Of a stretch of DNA of 64,000 nucleotides, positions 26,954 through 36,436 are shown piece by piece. Location of the stretch: NCBI GenBank assembly GCA_046727855.1, contig JBKPDL010000026.1, positions 2,343 through 66,342 on the forward strand, given 5' to 3'. Made by a program: the position numbers and the translations under genes. The notes beneath the pieces are model-generated. The model ran no database searches, had not been told where the DNA came from, and worked only from the letters and a program-made list of their open reading frames with translations. The first letter of the stretch is position 1. Every line of letters begins with the position of its first letter. Origin of the DNA: Acidobacteriota bacterium. Lineage in GTDB: Bacteria; Acidobacteriota; Vicinamibacteria; Vicinamibacterales; UBA2999.

Positions 26954-27705
26954 GCGCGCGCAAGTCGCGGCTGGACGTGCTGCTCGTGGCACGCGGGCTC
27001 GCCGAATCCCGCGAAAAAGCGCAAGCACTGATTCTTGCCGGCGACGTCGAGGTGACCGGCCACCCGGGCGCGAAAGCCGGCACGCGCGTGCCCGAAGACG
27101 CCGGTATCCGGGTTGCGACGCCCGAACATCCCTGGGTGAGCCGTGGCGGTATCAAGCTCGCGCACGCATTGGACACCTTCGCGATTGAGGTCTCTGGCCG
27201 GCTCGGCCTCGACATTGGCGCCTCGACCGGCGGCTTCACCGACGTGCTGCTGCAACGCGGCGCACGCCACGTGGTGGCCGTGGACGTCGGTCACGGGCAG
27301 TTGCACTGGAAACTGCGTCGCGACCCGCGGGTGACGTTGCACGAGGGCATCAATGCCCGCGCGCTGAGACGCGCCGACCTGCCCGAGATTGGGCATGGCG
27401 CGGATATCGTCACCATTGACGTCTCCTTCATCTCGCTGAAGCACATTCTGCCGGTCGTGCCGCCGCTGCTTGTGGCGAACGCCGACGTGATTGCGCTTGT
27501 CAAGCCGCAGTTCGAAGCCGGGCGCGCCGATGTTGGACCGGGCGGCATCGTCAGCGATCCCGCGATCCACGCCCGTGTCATCGAAGAAATGACCGCGGCG
27601 GCGGGTGAAGTAGCATTGACTCGCCGCGGGCTGATTGACTCACCCATCACCGGTGCTGAGGGAAACAAAGAGTTTTTGATGCTGTTTGGCGTGCGCTCCC
27701 AATGA
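26950..27705 (+). CDS. tlyA: TlyA-family rRNA 2'-O-methyltransferase
   Basis: RLDVLLVARGLAESREKAQALILAG (S4 domain), LDIGASTGGFTDVLL (SAM motif). GTG 26950 overlaps the ispA stop. An alternative TTG is at 26929. Confidence 0.85.
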   Translation: MSARKSRLDVLLVARGLAESREKAQALILAGDVEVTGHPGAKAGTRVPEDAGIRVATPEHPWVSRGGIKLAHALDTFAIEVSGRLGLDIGASTGGFTDVLLQRGARHVVAVDVGHGQLHWKLRRDPRVTLHEGINARALRRADLPEIGHGADIVTIDVSFISLKHILPVVPPLLVANADVIALVKPQFEAGRADVGPGGIVSDPAIHARVIEEMTAAAGEVALTRRGLIDSPITGAEGNKEFLMLFGVRSQ

Positions 27706-28559
27706 TGACTGTTGGTGTCGTTACCAAACCGAATCTGACGGCGGCGCGCGACACGCTCGTGGAGCTCGAGTCGTGGTTGCGCGACCATCAAGTCAAGACC
27801 ATCTGGGCGAGCGACGCCGAGCAATTACTGCCGCCCGGCGATCGCGTGACCCTGTCGCGCGAGCAGATTCCACCACGAGTGGATCTGGTCGTCGTGCTGG
27901 GCGGCGACGGTACGCTGCTCGCGATGGCCGACATCATCGCGCAGTCAGGCCACAATCTGCCGATCCTTGGCGTCAACTTCGGATCGTTGGGCTTTCTGAC
28001 TGAAATCACGCGACCCGAGCTCTACGACGCGCTCAACGCGGCGCTCTCGGGGCGAGCCGTGCACGACGAGCGGATGATGCTGCGTGGTACGGCCGCCGGT
28101 GCCTCGCGCGTCGCACTCAACGACATCGTCTTCACCCGCACCGCGCTCTCGCGCATGATCGACCTGGCCGTCACCGTAGGCGAACAGTTCGTGACCTCGG
28201 TCAAGGCCGACGGTCTCATCGTCGCGAGTCCGACAGGGTCGACGGCGTATAACCTTGCGGCGGGCGGCCCGATTGTTCATCCCGCGATGGACGCGATCGT
28301 GCTGACGCCAATCGCGCCGCACACCCTGACGAACCGGCCGATCGTGATTCCGGCGGAGCGCGAGATTCGGGTCCGCGCCGGCGCCGCCAACGCCGGCGCG
28401 GAAATCTACGCCACTTTCGATGGCCAGCACGGCTTCGCGCTGGCCGAAGGCGACGAAGTCTCGGTCACGCGCGCGGCGAAGCCGATTCGTCTGGTGCGGT
28501 CGACGACGAGAAACTACTTCGAAGTGCTGAGGGAGAAACTCAAGTGGGGTGAACGATAA
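27702..28559 (+). CDS. nadK: NAD+ kinase
   Basis: VVVLGGDGTLL, GVNFGSLGFLT, GLIVASPTGSTAYNLAAGGPI. Confidence 0.92.
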   Translation: MMTVGVVTKPNLTAARDTLVELESWLRDHQVKTIWASDAEQLLPPGDRVTLSREQIPPRVDLVVVLGGDGTLLAMADIIAQSGHNLPILGVNFGSLGFLTEITRPELYDALNAALSGRAVHDERMMLRGTAAGASRVALNDIVFTRTALSRMIDLAVTVGEQFVTSVKADGLIVASPTGSTAYNLAAGGPIVHPAMDAIVLTPIAPHTLTNRPIVIPAEREIRVRAGAANAGAEIYATFDGQHGFALAEGDEVSVTRAAKPIRLVRSTTRNYFEVLREKLKWGER

Positions 28560-28580
28560 ATCTGGGGTTGAATGTCCCGA

Positions 28581-29648
28581 TTAGGGACGCGGTGAGCTAT
28601 TCGTCGACGCGCCCTGCTGCCGCCGGTCGCGAAAGAAGCGCACTTGCCACTCCTCGACGTTCCGGTTGTGTTCTTCCAGCGTGCGCGCGAACACGTGCGA
28701 TCCATCGTTCTTGCTCACAAAGTACAAGTAGTCAACCTGCGCCGGATTGACCGCGGCTTCGAGCGAAGCCCTGCCCGGCGATGCAATCGGGCCGGGCGGC
28801 AGGCCGGGATAGCGATAGGTGTTGTAGGGCGAATCGAGCTGTAAATCCTCTTTACGAATGTTGCCGTTGTAATTCCCGGTGCGCTGCATTGCGTAGACGA
28901 CCGTCGGATCCGCCTGCATCGGCATATTGATTGCGCGCCGATTCAGGTAAACCGCCGCCACGATGGGCCGCTCGGACGGAACGGCCGTTTCCTTCTCGAC
29001 GAGCGACGCGAGCGTGACCGCTTCGCGCACGGTCAACCCGCGGTCGCGCGCGGCCCGGCGGAGATCGTCGTTGAACGCGCGCTCGAACGCCGCCACCATC
29101 TGTGCAACCAGGACGCTCGCCGGCGTTTCCCGCCGCAACGAATAGGTGTCGGGAAACACATAGCCCTCCAGGTCCGGTGCGTCGGGATCGAGATCGCGAA
29201 TGCTGGTGGCGTCCCGGGCAGCGTTTTCGAAGTCACTCGCGGGACCCAGCTCGGTCGCTTCGTACACGCGCGCCATCTCGCGGATCGTCAACCCCTCGCG
29301 AAACGTGACCCGCCGGCGGTACACATCGCCCCGGGCGATCTTGTCGACGACTTCGAGCGCCGACATCGGCTGATCGAATCGGTATTCACCCGCCTTCAGC
29401 TCGCGCGCGCGGCCGCTCAGCCAGAGCGCCGCCCGAAACGTCAGCGCGTCGCGAACCACGCCTGCGTCCACGAGCCGCTGCCCGATCGTTGCTGGCGTCG
29501 CGCCGCTCTGAACATCGACGAACTGTTCCGTCGACGTGTAGCCCTTGAACTTTTCATTTACTCGAGTGAAGCCGAAGTAGCCGGCAGCAGCCGCGGCAGC
29601 GGCCAGGACAACGAGCAGCAACAACAGGCCAACGAGAAAACGCTTCAC
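28581..29648 (-). CDS. mltG: endolytic murein transglycosylase MltG (YceG-like)
   Basis: N-terminal TM anchor, GEYRF, and LASLVEKETAVPSERPIVAAVYLNR...DPTVVY. Confidence 0.9.
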   Translation of the reverse strand: MKRFLVGLLLLLVVLAAAAAAAGYFGFTRVNEKFKGYTSTEQFVDVQSGATPATIGQRLVDAGVVRDALTFRAALWLSGRARELKAGEYRFDQPMSALEVVDKIARGDVYRRRVTFREGLTIREMARVYEATELGPASDFENAARDATSIRDLDPDAPDLEGYVFPDTYSLRRETPASVLVAQMVAAFERAFNDDLRRAARDRGLTVREAVTLASLVEKETAVPSERPIVAAVYLNRRAINMPMQADPTVVYAMQRTGNYNGNIRKEDLQLDSPYNTYRYPGLPPGPIASPGRASLEAAVNPAQVDYLYFVSKNDGSHVFARTLEEHNRNVEEWQVRFFRDRRQQGASTNSSPRP

Positions 29649-30073
29649 GAACGGCTATCCAGATAATCTTGCAGCACGACCGCCGCCGCAGCTGCATCGA
29701 TTTTTGCCTTGCGCCGACGCCAATCGCGCTCTCGCACTGCAAGACGGGATTCGGCTTCCGTACTCGAGAGCCGCTCATCCTGCAAGACGACAGGGATGGC
29801 GATACGTTGTTCGAGCGCGTACGCGAACGCCTCCACGATGGCGGTCTGATCGGTCGGTCTGCCGTCCAGCCGTCGCGGCCAACCCACAACCACGGCCGCG
29901 AGTCCATCGTCTTCGGCGCGTAGCTGCTCGATCTGTTCCACGATCATCGTCAACGTCTTGGCCTGCGATGGAGGCCGCATCAGCAAGCGCCACGGCGACG
30001 CCAACGTGCCGCTCGGATCGCTCAAGGCAAGACCGATGCGACGCGCACCGTAGTCGATGCCGAGCACGCGCAC
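29645..30073 (-). CDS. ruvX: Holliday junction resolvase-like RuvX (YqgF)
   Basis: GTG at 30073 (or 30067) gives VRVLGIDYGARRIGLALSDP...DERLSS. The upstream part of the track ORF is Pro/Ala/Arg-rich and overlaps the divergent gene. Confidence 0.85.
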   Translation of the reverse strand: MRVLGIDYGARRIGLALSDPSGTLASPWRLLMRPPSQAKTLTMIVEQIEQLRAEDDGLAAVVVGWPRRLDGRPTDQTAIVEAFAYALEQRIAIPVVLQDERLSSTEAESRLAVRERDWRRRKAKIDAAAAAVVLQDYLDSRS

Positions 30074-32171
30074 TCGGAGCAGTATAATCGGCGCGGTGAC
30101 ACGACCCGCCTTCGCAGCCGAAGGCCTTTGCGGCGGAAGGCTGCGTCGGCGAGGTCTCGCCGCAGCTCGCCGGCCCGGCGCGAGCGGAGGCGGACTCGCC
30201 GCGTGCGTGCTCGCCGCGGCGTTTGCCGCGGGGCTCGCATGCTCGACCCGGACACAACCATCGTTCGCGCAGAAGCTCGTCATCCTCGGGTTCGATGGGA
30301 TGGACCCGACCCTCACCGCGCGCTGGATGAAGGAGGGCAAGCTGCCGGCGCTTGCCAGGCTCGCCGCGCAGGGCGGCTTCTACCGCCTCGAAACAACGCA
30401 TTCACCTGAAAGCCCGACCGCATGGGCTTCGTTCGCCACAGGCGTGAACGCCGGCAAGCACAACATCTACGACTTTCTCGTTCGCAACACCGCGACGTAT
30501 CTGCCCGACCTCGCCATGGTCAAGCGTGAGTCGGCGCGATTTCTCTTCAACTACATTCCCGTGCGCGCGCCGAAATTGACCTCGACACGCGGCGGCACGT
30601 CGTTCTGGGTCACGGCTGGGCGCGCGGGCGTGCGATCGAGCATCCTCACTGTGCCGGTGACGTTCCCGCCTGAAGACGTGCCGAACGGCGAGCTGCTGTC
30701 GGGCCTTCCGCTCCCGGACATACGCGGGACGATGGGCACGTTCTATTACTTCGCGACCGATTTGAGCCGCTACGAAGAAGGCAACACGGAATTCGGCGGC
30801 ATTCTGAAGCGTCTGGTGTTTCAGGACAACACCGCGCAAGCGGAGATCGTCGGGCCGCCAAACCCGATTGCGCGGCAGCAGGGGCGCGACGAGGAGCTGC
30901 TTCTGCCGTTCACGATCCGCTGGAATCACGAAGCACGCAGCGCCAACATCGAGATCCAGGGCCAGACGATTCACCTCAACGAGCGCGATTGGAGCCGCTG
31001 GATCAACGTCGATTTCAACGTCAACTTGCTCGTGCGAATTCACGGCATGACGCAGTTCTATTTGATCAAAGCCGGCCAGGAAGTCCAGCTCTATGTGGCT
31101 CCCGTCAACTGGCATCCGGCGAATCCGCCGGTGGCAATATCATCGCCGGCATCGTTTGCCAACGAGTTGTACGAGCGCCTCGGGCCGTACCGCACGCTTG
31201 GCTGGCCTGAGGCGACCTGGCCGCTCAACGAGGATCGAATCGACGAAGCGACGTTCATGGACGATCTGGATCGCGCGTTCAACGACCGAGCCGCGGCGAT
31301 CCTGAATCGCATCGATGCCAAAAACTGGGATCTGCTGGTTGGCGTGATCGAAACCACCGACCGCGTCCAGCACATGATGTGGCGGCTGCTCGATCAGCAG
31401 CATCCGATGTACGAGCCGGGGCTGGCGCGCATTCATGGCGCCGCGATCGAAAAAATCTACCAGCGCGCTGATGCGTTTGTGGCAGAGGTACTCCGGCATC
31501 TCGAGCCGGGCACCACCGTGATGATTGTGTCGGATCACGGCTTCCACTCATTCCGTTGGGCGGTGAACCTCAACACCTGGCTCGTAGAGCGCGGTTACAT
31601 GGTCCTCCAGGGCCAGATGCCGGGCCAGAAAAAGCTCGACGATCTGTTTGGCGGCGGCACGTTTTGGGAAAACGTCGATTGGTCCAGGACGAGGGCGTAC
31701 GCGATGGGGCTCGGCCAGATCTACGTCAATCTCAGAGGCCGCGAAGGCAAGGGCATTGTGAGTGAGGGTGAAGAGTACGAGCGGTTCCTCGATTCGCTCA
31801 TCATCGATCTGATGAACTTCCTCGACCCGCGTTCGCAGGACCGCGTGGTCGCGAGCGTGTATAAGAAGAGCGAGATCTACAGCGGCCCCTTTCTCAAGGA
31901 GGCGCCGGACCTGCAAGTCGGATTGGAAGAGGGATACCGCACGTCATGGCAGACGGCGCTCGGCGGCGCGCCGGCCAACGTGATCGAACCGAATATGCGC
32001 AAGTGGTCGGGTGATCACGGTTCGTTCGATTACAAAGCGACACCCGGCGTGCTGATCACGAACCGGCGCCCGACGTCGAACGAGACGCGGATCATCGACA
32101 TCGCGCCGACGGTACTGAAGTATTTCGGTGTGACGATTCCCGCGGACGTGGATGGGAAGCCGCTCTTTTAA
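30057..32171 (+). CDS. alkaline-phosphatase-superfamily type I phosphodiesterase/nucleotide pyrophosphatase-like lipoprotein
   Basis: Lipobox AAGLACS, then KLVILGFDGMDPT...SPTAWASFATG...VSDHGF. The start is uncertain: ATG 30057 overlaps the ruvX start, and an alternative GTG is at 30096. Confidence 0.75.
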   Translation: MPSTRTRSSIIGAVTRPAFAAEGLCGGRLRRRGLAAARRPGASGGGLAACVLAAAFAAGLACSTRTQPSFAQKLVILGFDGMDPTLTARWMKEGKLPALARLAAQGGFYRLETTHSPESPTAWASFATGVNAGKHNIYDFLVRNTATYLPDLAMVKRESARFLFNYIPVRAPKLTSTRGGTSFWVTAGRAGVRSSILTVPVTFPPEDVPNGELLSGLPLPDIRGTMGTFYYFATDLSRYEEGNTEFGGILKRLVFQDNTAQAEIVGPPNPIARQQGRDEELLLPFTIRWNHEARSANIEIQGQTIHLNERDWSRWINVDFNVNLLVRIHGMTQFYLIKAGQEVQLYVAPVNWHPANPPVAISSPASFANELYERLGPYRTLGWPEATWPLNEDRIDEATFMDDLDRAFNDRAAAILNRIDAKNWDLLVGVIETTDRVQHMMWRLLDQQHPMYEPGLARIHGAAIEKIYQRADAFVAEVLRHLEPGTTVMIVSDHGFHSFRWAVNLNTWLVERGYMVLQGQMPGQKKLDDLFGGGTFWENVDWSRTRAYAMGLGQIYVNLRGREGKGIVSEGEEYERFLDSLIIDLMNFLDPRSQDRVVASVYKKSEIYSGPFLKEAPDLQVGLEEGYRTSWQTALGGAPANVIEPNMRKWSGDHGSFDYKATPGVLITNRRPTSNETRIIDIAPTVLKYFGVTIPADVDGKPLF

Positions 32172-32306
32172 CGCCGGGGCCGCTGCTGACCCGGGGCGAA
32201 ACGGTGGGACGAGGGGAGGTGATCGGCCGCGCTGGCCGTACGCCGCGGGTCAGCCCGCCGGGTATTTCGAGCTCCGCATCGACGGCCGCCCCGTCGATCC
32301 CGTACA

Positions 32307-33491
32307 ATGGCTCAGGAGTCTTCGATGAAATCTCGCGGCCGTCTGATCGTGCTCTTTGTGTCGGTTCCTGTCGTTGCCTTTGCCGTCATCGGCGGCTTCA
32401 TGGGCAAGGCGATGGCCCGCGAGGAGAGCTATCAGTACCTGCGCATCTTTGAAGACGTCATCACCCTCATCATGAACAACTACGTCGAGGAAGTTGACGC
32501 CAGCAAGGTGATGCACGGCGCGATGCACGGACTGGCGGACGGCCTCGATCCCGACAGTGCCTACCTCGACGCCACTCAGGCAAAGAGCTACGAGAAGAAC
32601 GAGCCGGTCGCCCCGGGCCGCACGGGACTCGAGATCACACGCCAGTACTACTTGCGCGTGATCGCGGCTCGCGACGGGTCGCCGGCGGCCAAGGCCGGGC
32701 TGATGCCCGGTGACTATGTTCGCGCCATCGACGGCCAGTCCACGCGCGACACCTCGGTCTACGAAGGCACGCGCCTGCTCGCAGGCAAGCCCGGAACCAA
32801 AGTGACGCTGACGGTTCTGCGCGGCAACGCCGCCGAACCGCACACGATTGAGCTGGTGCGCGAGGAACTGACTGCCGTCGCCGTCAACGGCCGCATCGCG
32901 CAACCTGGTGTTGGGTACGTCCGTATTCCGGAGTTCAGCAAAACCGCCGTCGATCAGCTGCGCAGTGAGATCGCCTCGCTCAACAAGGCAGGTGCCACCT
33001 CGCTCGTGATCGATTTACGCGGCAGCGCGTTTGGCGACGTCGAAACGGGCCTCGCCGCGGCACGCCTGTTTGTGCCGAGCGGCACCTTGGCGTTTCGTCA
33101 GGAGCGCGGGAAAACGAAGGAGCCGGTCGCCGCGGCGGCTGGCGATGGCGCGGTGACCCTGCCCGTCGCGCTCCTCACCGACAACGGCACCTCTGGCGCG
33201 GCGGAGCTTTTTGCCGCGGCGCTGGGCGGCAACAAGCGCGCGTCGCTCGTCGGCGAGCGAACGCTCGGCCGCGCTGCGCGCCAGCGCTTCGTGCGCCTGC
33301 CGGATGGCAGCGGATTGATCCTTACACACCTGCTGTACCTCTCGCCCGCCGAAGCCGTCATCAACGAGAAAGGCCTCGTGCCCGACGTCCCCGTCGAGCA
33401 ACCCGATCTCGATTTCGGCGATCCGGCGCCAACGACGGACGTCACGCTCGACAAAGCGATCGAACACGTGCGCCGCCCCGCGGCGAAGTGA
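32307..33491 (+). CDS. S41-family C-terminal processing peptidase with PDZ domain
   Basis: N-terminal TM anchor, PDZ domain (GSPAAKAGLMPGDYVRAIDG), and TDNGTSGAAELFAAAL, the S41 Ser region. An alternative ATG is at 32325. Confidence 0.85.
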   Translation: MAQESSMKSRGRLIVLFVSVPVVAFAVIGGFMGKAMAREESYQYLRIFEDVITLIMNNYVEEVDASKVMHGAMHGLADGLDPDSAYLDATQAKSYEKNEPVAPGRTGLEITRQYYLRVIAARDGSPAAKAGLMPGDYVRAIDGQSTRDTSVYEGTRLLAGKPGTKVTLTVLRGNAAEPHTIELVREELTAVAVNGRIAQPGVGYVRIPEFSKTAVDQLRSEIASLNKAGATSLVIDLRGSAFGDVETGLAAARLFVPSGTLAFRQERGKTKEPVAAAAGDGAVTLPVALLTDNGTSGAAELFAAALGGNKRASLVGERTLGRAARQRFVRLPDGSGLILTHLLYLSPAEAVINEKGLVPDVPVEQPDLDFGDPAPTTDVTLDKAIEHVRRPAAK

Positions 33492-33520
33492 GCGCGCTGG
33501 CGTTCGCGGTCAAGCCCCCA

Positions 33521-33770
33521 AGAGAGAACAGGGAGATCGGGGAGATCGGGGAGAACTAGCCAAGGGCCCTGCCCTTGATATCCGGCTAACTCCGCGGCCC
33601 TTGGCTAGTTCTTGTTGTTGGCTTGGCGCGCTCCGCGCGCCGTCGTCCGTTATGCGGGTCCACAACGCGTACAAAATTCACGTCTGTGGCCGCATAACGG
33701 TCTAAAACAAATCCCTGCTGATCTCCCTGATCTCCCTGATCTCCCTGTTGCTTTTCTCTCCCTGATCTCC
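33521..33770. repeat. about 250-bp nested-palindrome element upstream of hup (35-bp terminal inverted repeats enclosing three internal hairpins)
   Basis: The outer arms are AGAGAGAACAGGGAGATCGGGGAGATCGGGGAGAAC (33521-33556) and GATCTCCCTGATCTCCCTGATCTCCCTGTTGCTTTTCTCTC (33720-33760). The inner perfect inverted repeats are CTAGCCAAGGGCC/GGCCCTTGGCTAG (33556-33568 / 33596-33608), GGCGCGC-TCC-GCGCGCC (33625-33641) and CCGTTATGCGG/CCGCATAACGG (33647-33657 / 33690-33700). Confidence 0.85.
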
Positions 33771-33793
33771 TATAACCCGCTCGAGGTCATCGG

Positions 33794-34066
33794 ATGAATA
33801 AGCAGGAACTGATCGCAAAGGTCGCCAAAGACATCGGCGACACCAAGACTAACGCCGCGCGTGCGATCGATTCGGTCATCGACGGCATCACCAAGGCCTT
33901 GAAGAAGGGCGACTCGGTCACCTTTGTCGGCTTCGGCACCTTCAAGACATCGAATCGCAAGGCGCGCACTGCCCGCAATCCCCAGACGGGCGCAGAGATC
34001 AAGATCCCCAAGCGCAAGGCCGTTCGCTTTGTGGCTGGCAAAGCCCTGAAGACCGCGGTCAATTAG
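33794..34066 (+). CDS. hup: HU-family DNA-binding protein
   Basis: MNKQELIAKVAKDIGDTKTNAARAIDSVIDGI...RNPQTGAEIKIPKRKAVRFVAGKALK. GAGG lies 7 nt upstream of the ATG. Confidence 0.95.
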   Translation: MNKQELIAKVAKDIGDTKTNAARAIDSVIDGITKALKKGDSVTFVGFGTFKTSNRKARTARNPQTGAEIKIPKRKAVRFVAGKALKTAVN

Positions 34067-34098
34067 AGCCGGGCGACGGGTGCGCGAGGGGCGAAAGA

Positions 34099-34136
34099 GC
34101 GGTGGGTGCGGCGCCGACACCCACGCACCGCGTTTT
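34099..34136 (+). terminator. candidate intrinsic terminator after hup
   Basis: GCGGTGGGTG-loop-CACCCACGCACCGC followed by GTTTTA. The stem has one bulge. Confidence 0.45.
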
Positions 34137-34248
34137 ACGCACGAGCGCACCCGTGCACCGCGCCGATCTACCTGACGTACCCTCCGCACCCGAGCACCTG
34201 GTCCTTTGCTATACTTTTCGTTTGCCTGTTCGATAGAGGCATACCTCT

Positions 34249-34325
34249 AGGCGCGTAGCTCAGTTGGTTAGAGCGCCTCCCTGACACGGAGGAGGTCAGT
34301 GGTTCGAGTCCACCCGCGCCTACCA
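34249..34325 (+). tRNA. tRNA-Val (anticodon GAC), CCA encoded
   Basis: The cloverleaf was read by hand. Acceptor stem AGGCGCG/CGCGCCT. D arm GCTC-AGTTGGTTA-GAGC. Anticodon arm CCTCC-CTGACAC-GGAGG. T arm with TTCGAGT loop. Discriminator A followed by CCA. Confidence 0.93.
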
Positions 34326-34391
34326 TTCGAACTACGAGGTCTTGTTCCTGGTCCTGCCTTCAGTTCTTAGTTCTCAGGGCTTAGTTCTCGC

Positions 34392-36317
34392 ATGATCACA
34401 GTCACGCTGCCGGACGGATCGACGCGACAGGTGCCGCCGGGTACGTCCGTACGGCAGATCGCGCAGGACATCTCACCTCGTCTCGCCGACGCCGCGCTCG
34501 CGGCAAAGGTAGATGACCGTCTGGTTGATCTCACCTACCCGCTCGACACCGACGCGAAGGTGCAGATAGTCACGTCGAAAAGTCCTGAGGCGCTCGATCT
34601 CTATCGGCACTCGACCGCCCACTTGATGGCGGCGGCGGTGACGGCGCTCTTTCCCCACGCGCAATGCGGCATCGGTCCGGCCATCGACGAAGGCTTCTAC
34701 TACGACTTCATCGTCGACCGCCCGTTCGTGCCGGAGGATCTCGATCGCATCGAAGCGAAGATGCGCGAGCTGTCCAGCCAGGATCTGCCCTACGAGCGAC
34801 AGATGTGGCCGCGCCAGGAAGCCATCGACTTCTTCACCAAGCGCGGTGAGCCGCTCAAGGTGCAATTAATCGAGGAGAAAACGGCCGGCCAGTCGCAGGT
34901 ATCGTGCTACACGATCAAGGATCGCGACACGTTCGTCGATTTCTGCGTCGGTCCGCACGTCCCCTCCACGAACAAGCTCAAGGCGTTCAAGCTGCTGTCG
35001 ACGTCGAACGCTTACTGGAAGGGCGATGCCCAAAACGCGCCGATGCAGCGCATCTACGGAACCGCGTTCTTCACGCAGAAAGAGCTCGACGATCATCTCA
35101 AGCGCATCGCAGAGGCGAAGAAACGCGATCACCGCAAGCTTGGCAAAGAGCTGCAGCTGTTCATGTTTCACCCGTGGGCCCCTGGTGCCACGTTCTGGCT
35201 TGCCAAGGGCACGACGCTCTACAACACGCTGGGCGATTACATGCGCGGCATACTCTTGCCTGCCGGTTACGTGGAAGTGAAGGCGCCGATTGTCTTCAAC
35301 AAGGCGTTGTGGGAGATGTCCGGCCACTGGGACTACTACCAGGAAAACATGTTCATCGTCGAGTCGCGCGACAAAGAGGTGATGAGCCTCAAGCCGATGA
35401 ACTGCCCCGGGCACTACCTGATGTTTGCCAACGAAATGCGCAGCTATAAGGACCTGCCGATCCGGTTCCACGAACAAACACCGCTCCACCGCAACGAAGC
35501 GTCGGGAGTTCTCTCGGGCCTGACCCGCGTGCGGCAGTTCTCGCAGGACGATGGGCATTGCTTTGTGACGGAGGAGCAGATCGGATCGGAAGTGGAAGCG
35601 CTCCTTCGGCTGATCCAGCGTGTCTACAAAGACTTCGGCCTCGACTACACGGCGAAGCTTTCCACGCGTCCCGAGAAGTTTCTCGGCGAGATCGCAACGT
35701 GGGATCACGCCGAAAAATCGCTCAAGGAAGCGCTCGAGCGGTCGGGACAGGCTCACACGATCAACGAGGGCGACGGCGCGTTTTACGGGCCAAAGATCGA
35801 TTTCGACATCACCGACGCGCTCGGCCGCAAATGGCAGTGCGCCACGATCCAGTTGGACTACATGATGCCGCAACGCTTCGATCTGAAGTACGTCGGGGCC
35901 GACAACGCTGAGCATCGACCGGTGGTCATTCATCGCGCCATCTTCGGCAGCATCGAGCGGTTCATCGCTATTCTGATCGAGCATTTTGCCGGCGCGTTCC
36001 CGCTGTGGCTGGCGCCGGTGCAGGTCGTAGTGCTGCCGATTGCGGATCGCCACGTCGAGTACGCGCGGTCGGTCGAATCGCGACTCAAGACGGAGGGCCT
36101 TCGCGCGGCCATCGACGAGCGCCAGGAGAAAATCAATTACAAAATCCGCGAGGCGCAGTTGCAGAAAGTGCCTTACATGCTGGTGATCGGGGACCGGGAG
36201 GCGGCGGAAAGCACCGTCGCGGTGCGCAGTCGCGCGAAAGGCGATCTCGGCGCGCGCCAATTCGATCAGTTTCTGACCGACGTGCTTGCCGAGGTGGCCC
36301 AAAAGACGTTATTCTAG
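34392..36317 (+). CDS. thrS: threonine--tRNA ligase
   Basis: 641 aa with a TGS domain at the N-terminus, HRKLGKELQLF, and class II motifs (FRNE-like HRNEASG, GFGLERF-like). Confidence 0.97.
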   Translation: MITVTLPDGSTRQVPPGTSVRQIAQDISPRLADAALAAKVDDRLVDLTYPLDTDAKVQIVTSKSPEALDLYRHSTAHLMAAAVTALFPHAQCGIGPAIDEGFYYDFIVDRPFVPEDLDRIEAKMRELSSQDLPYERQMWPRQEAIDFFTKRGEPLKVQLIEEKTAGQSQVSCYTIKDRDTFVDFCVGPHVPSTNKLKAFKLLSTSNAYWKGDAQNAPMQRIYGTAFFTQKELDDHLKRIAEAKKRDHRKLGKELQLFMFHPWAPGATFWLAKGTTLYNTLGDYMRGILLPAGYVEVKAPIVFNKALWEMSGHWDYYQENMFIVESRDKEVMSLKPMNCPGHYLMFANEMRSYKDLPIRFHEQTPLHRNEASGVLSGLTRVRQFSQDDGHCFVTEEQIGSEVEALLRLIQRVYKDFGLDYTAKLSTRPEKFLGEIATWDHAEKSLKEALERSGQAHTINEGDGAFYGPKIDFDITDALGRKWQCATIQLDYMMPQRFDLKYVGADNAEHRPVVIHRAIFGSIERFIAILIEHFAGAFPLWLAPVQVVVLPIADRHVEYARSVESRLKTEGLRAAIDERQEKINYKIREAQLQKVPYMLVIGDREAAESTVAVRSRAKGDLGARQFDQFLTDVLAEVAQKTLF

Positions 36318-36436
36318 GGGTTTCCAAAAAGGAAGTTTTCCAGAACTCATTTGCCAGTTCAAAGTTCGGGTGATGGTGAACTGGCTGGAAACTGGGACCT
36401 GGAAACTGGAAACTAACTGAGTTCGGGAGAACCAAT

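Noticed and set aside
33612-33797. 61-aa plus-strand ORF inside the nested palindrome upstream of hup.
   Set aside because: Its sequence (…DLPDLPDLPVAF…) is simply the translation of the GATCTCCCT repeats. It has no RBS.
34326-34391. T-box or ThrRS operator-type leader upstream of thrS.
   Set aside because: Only 66 nt separate tRNA-Val from the thrS ATG. They consist of GTTCT/TAGTTCT words. No specifier or antiterminator elements or anticodon-like stem-loops are evident.
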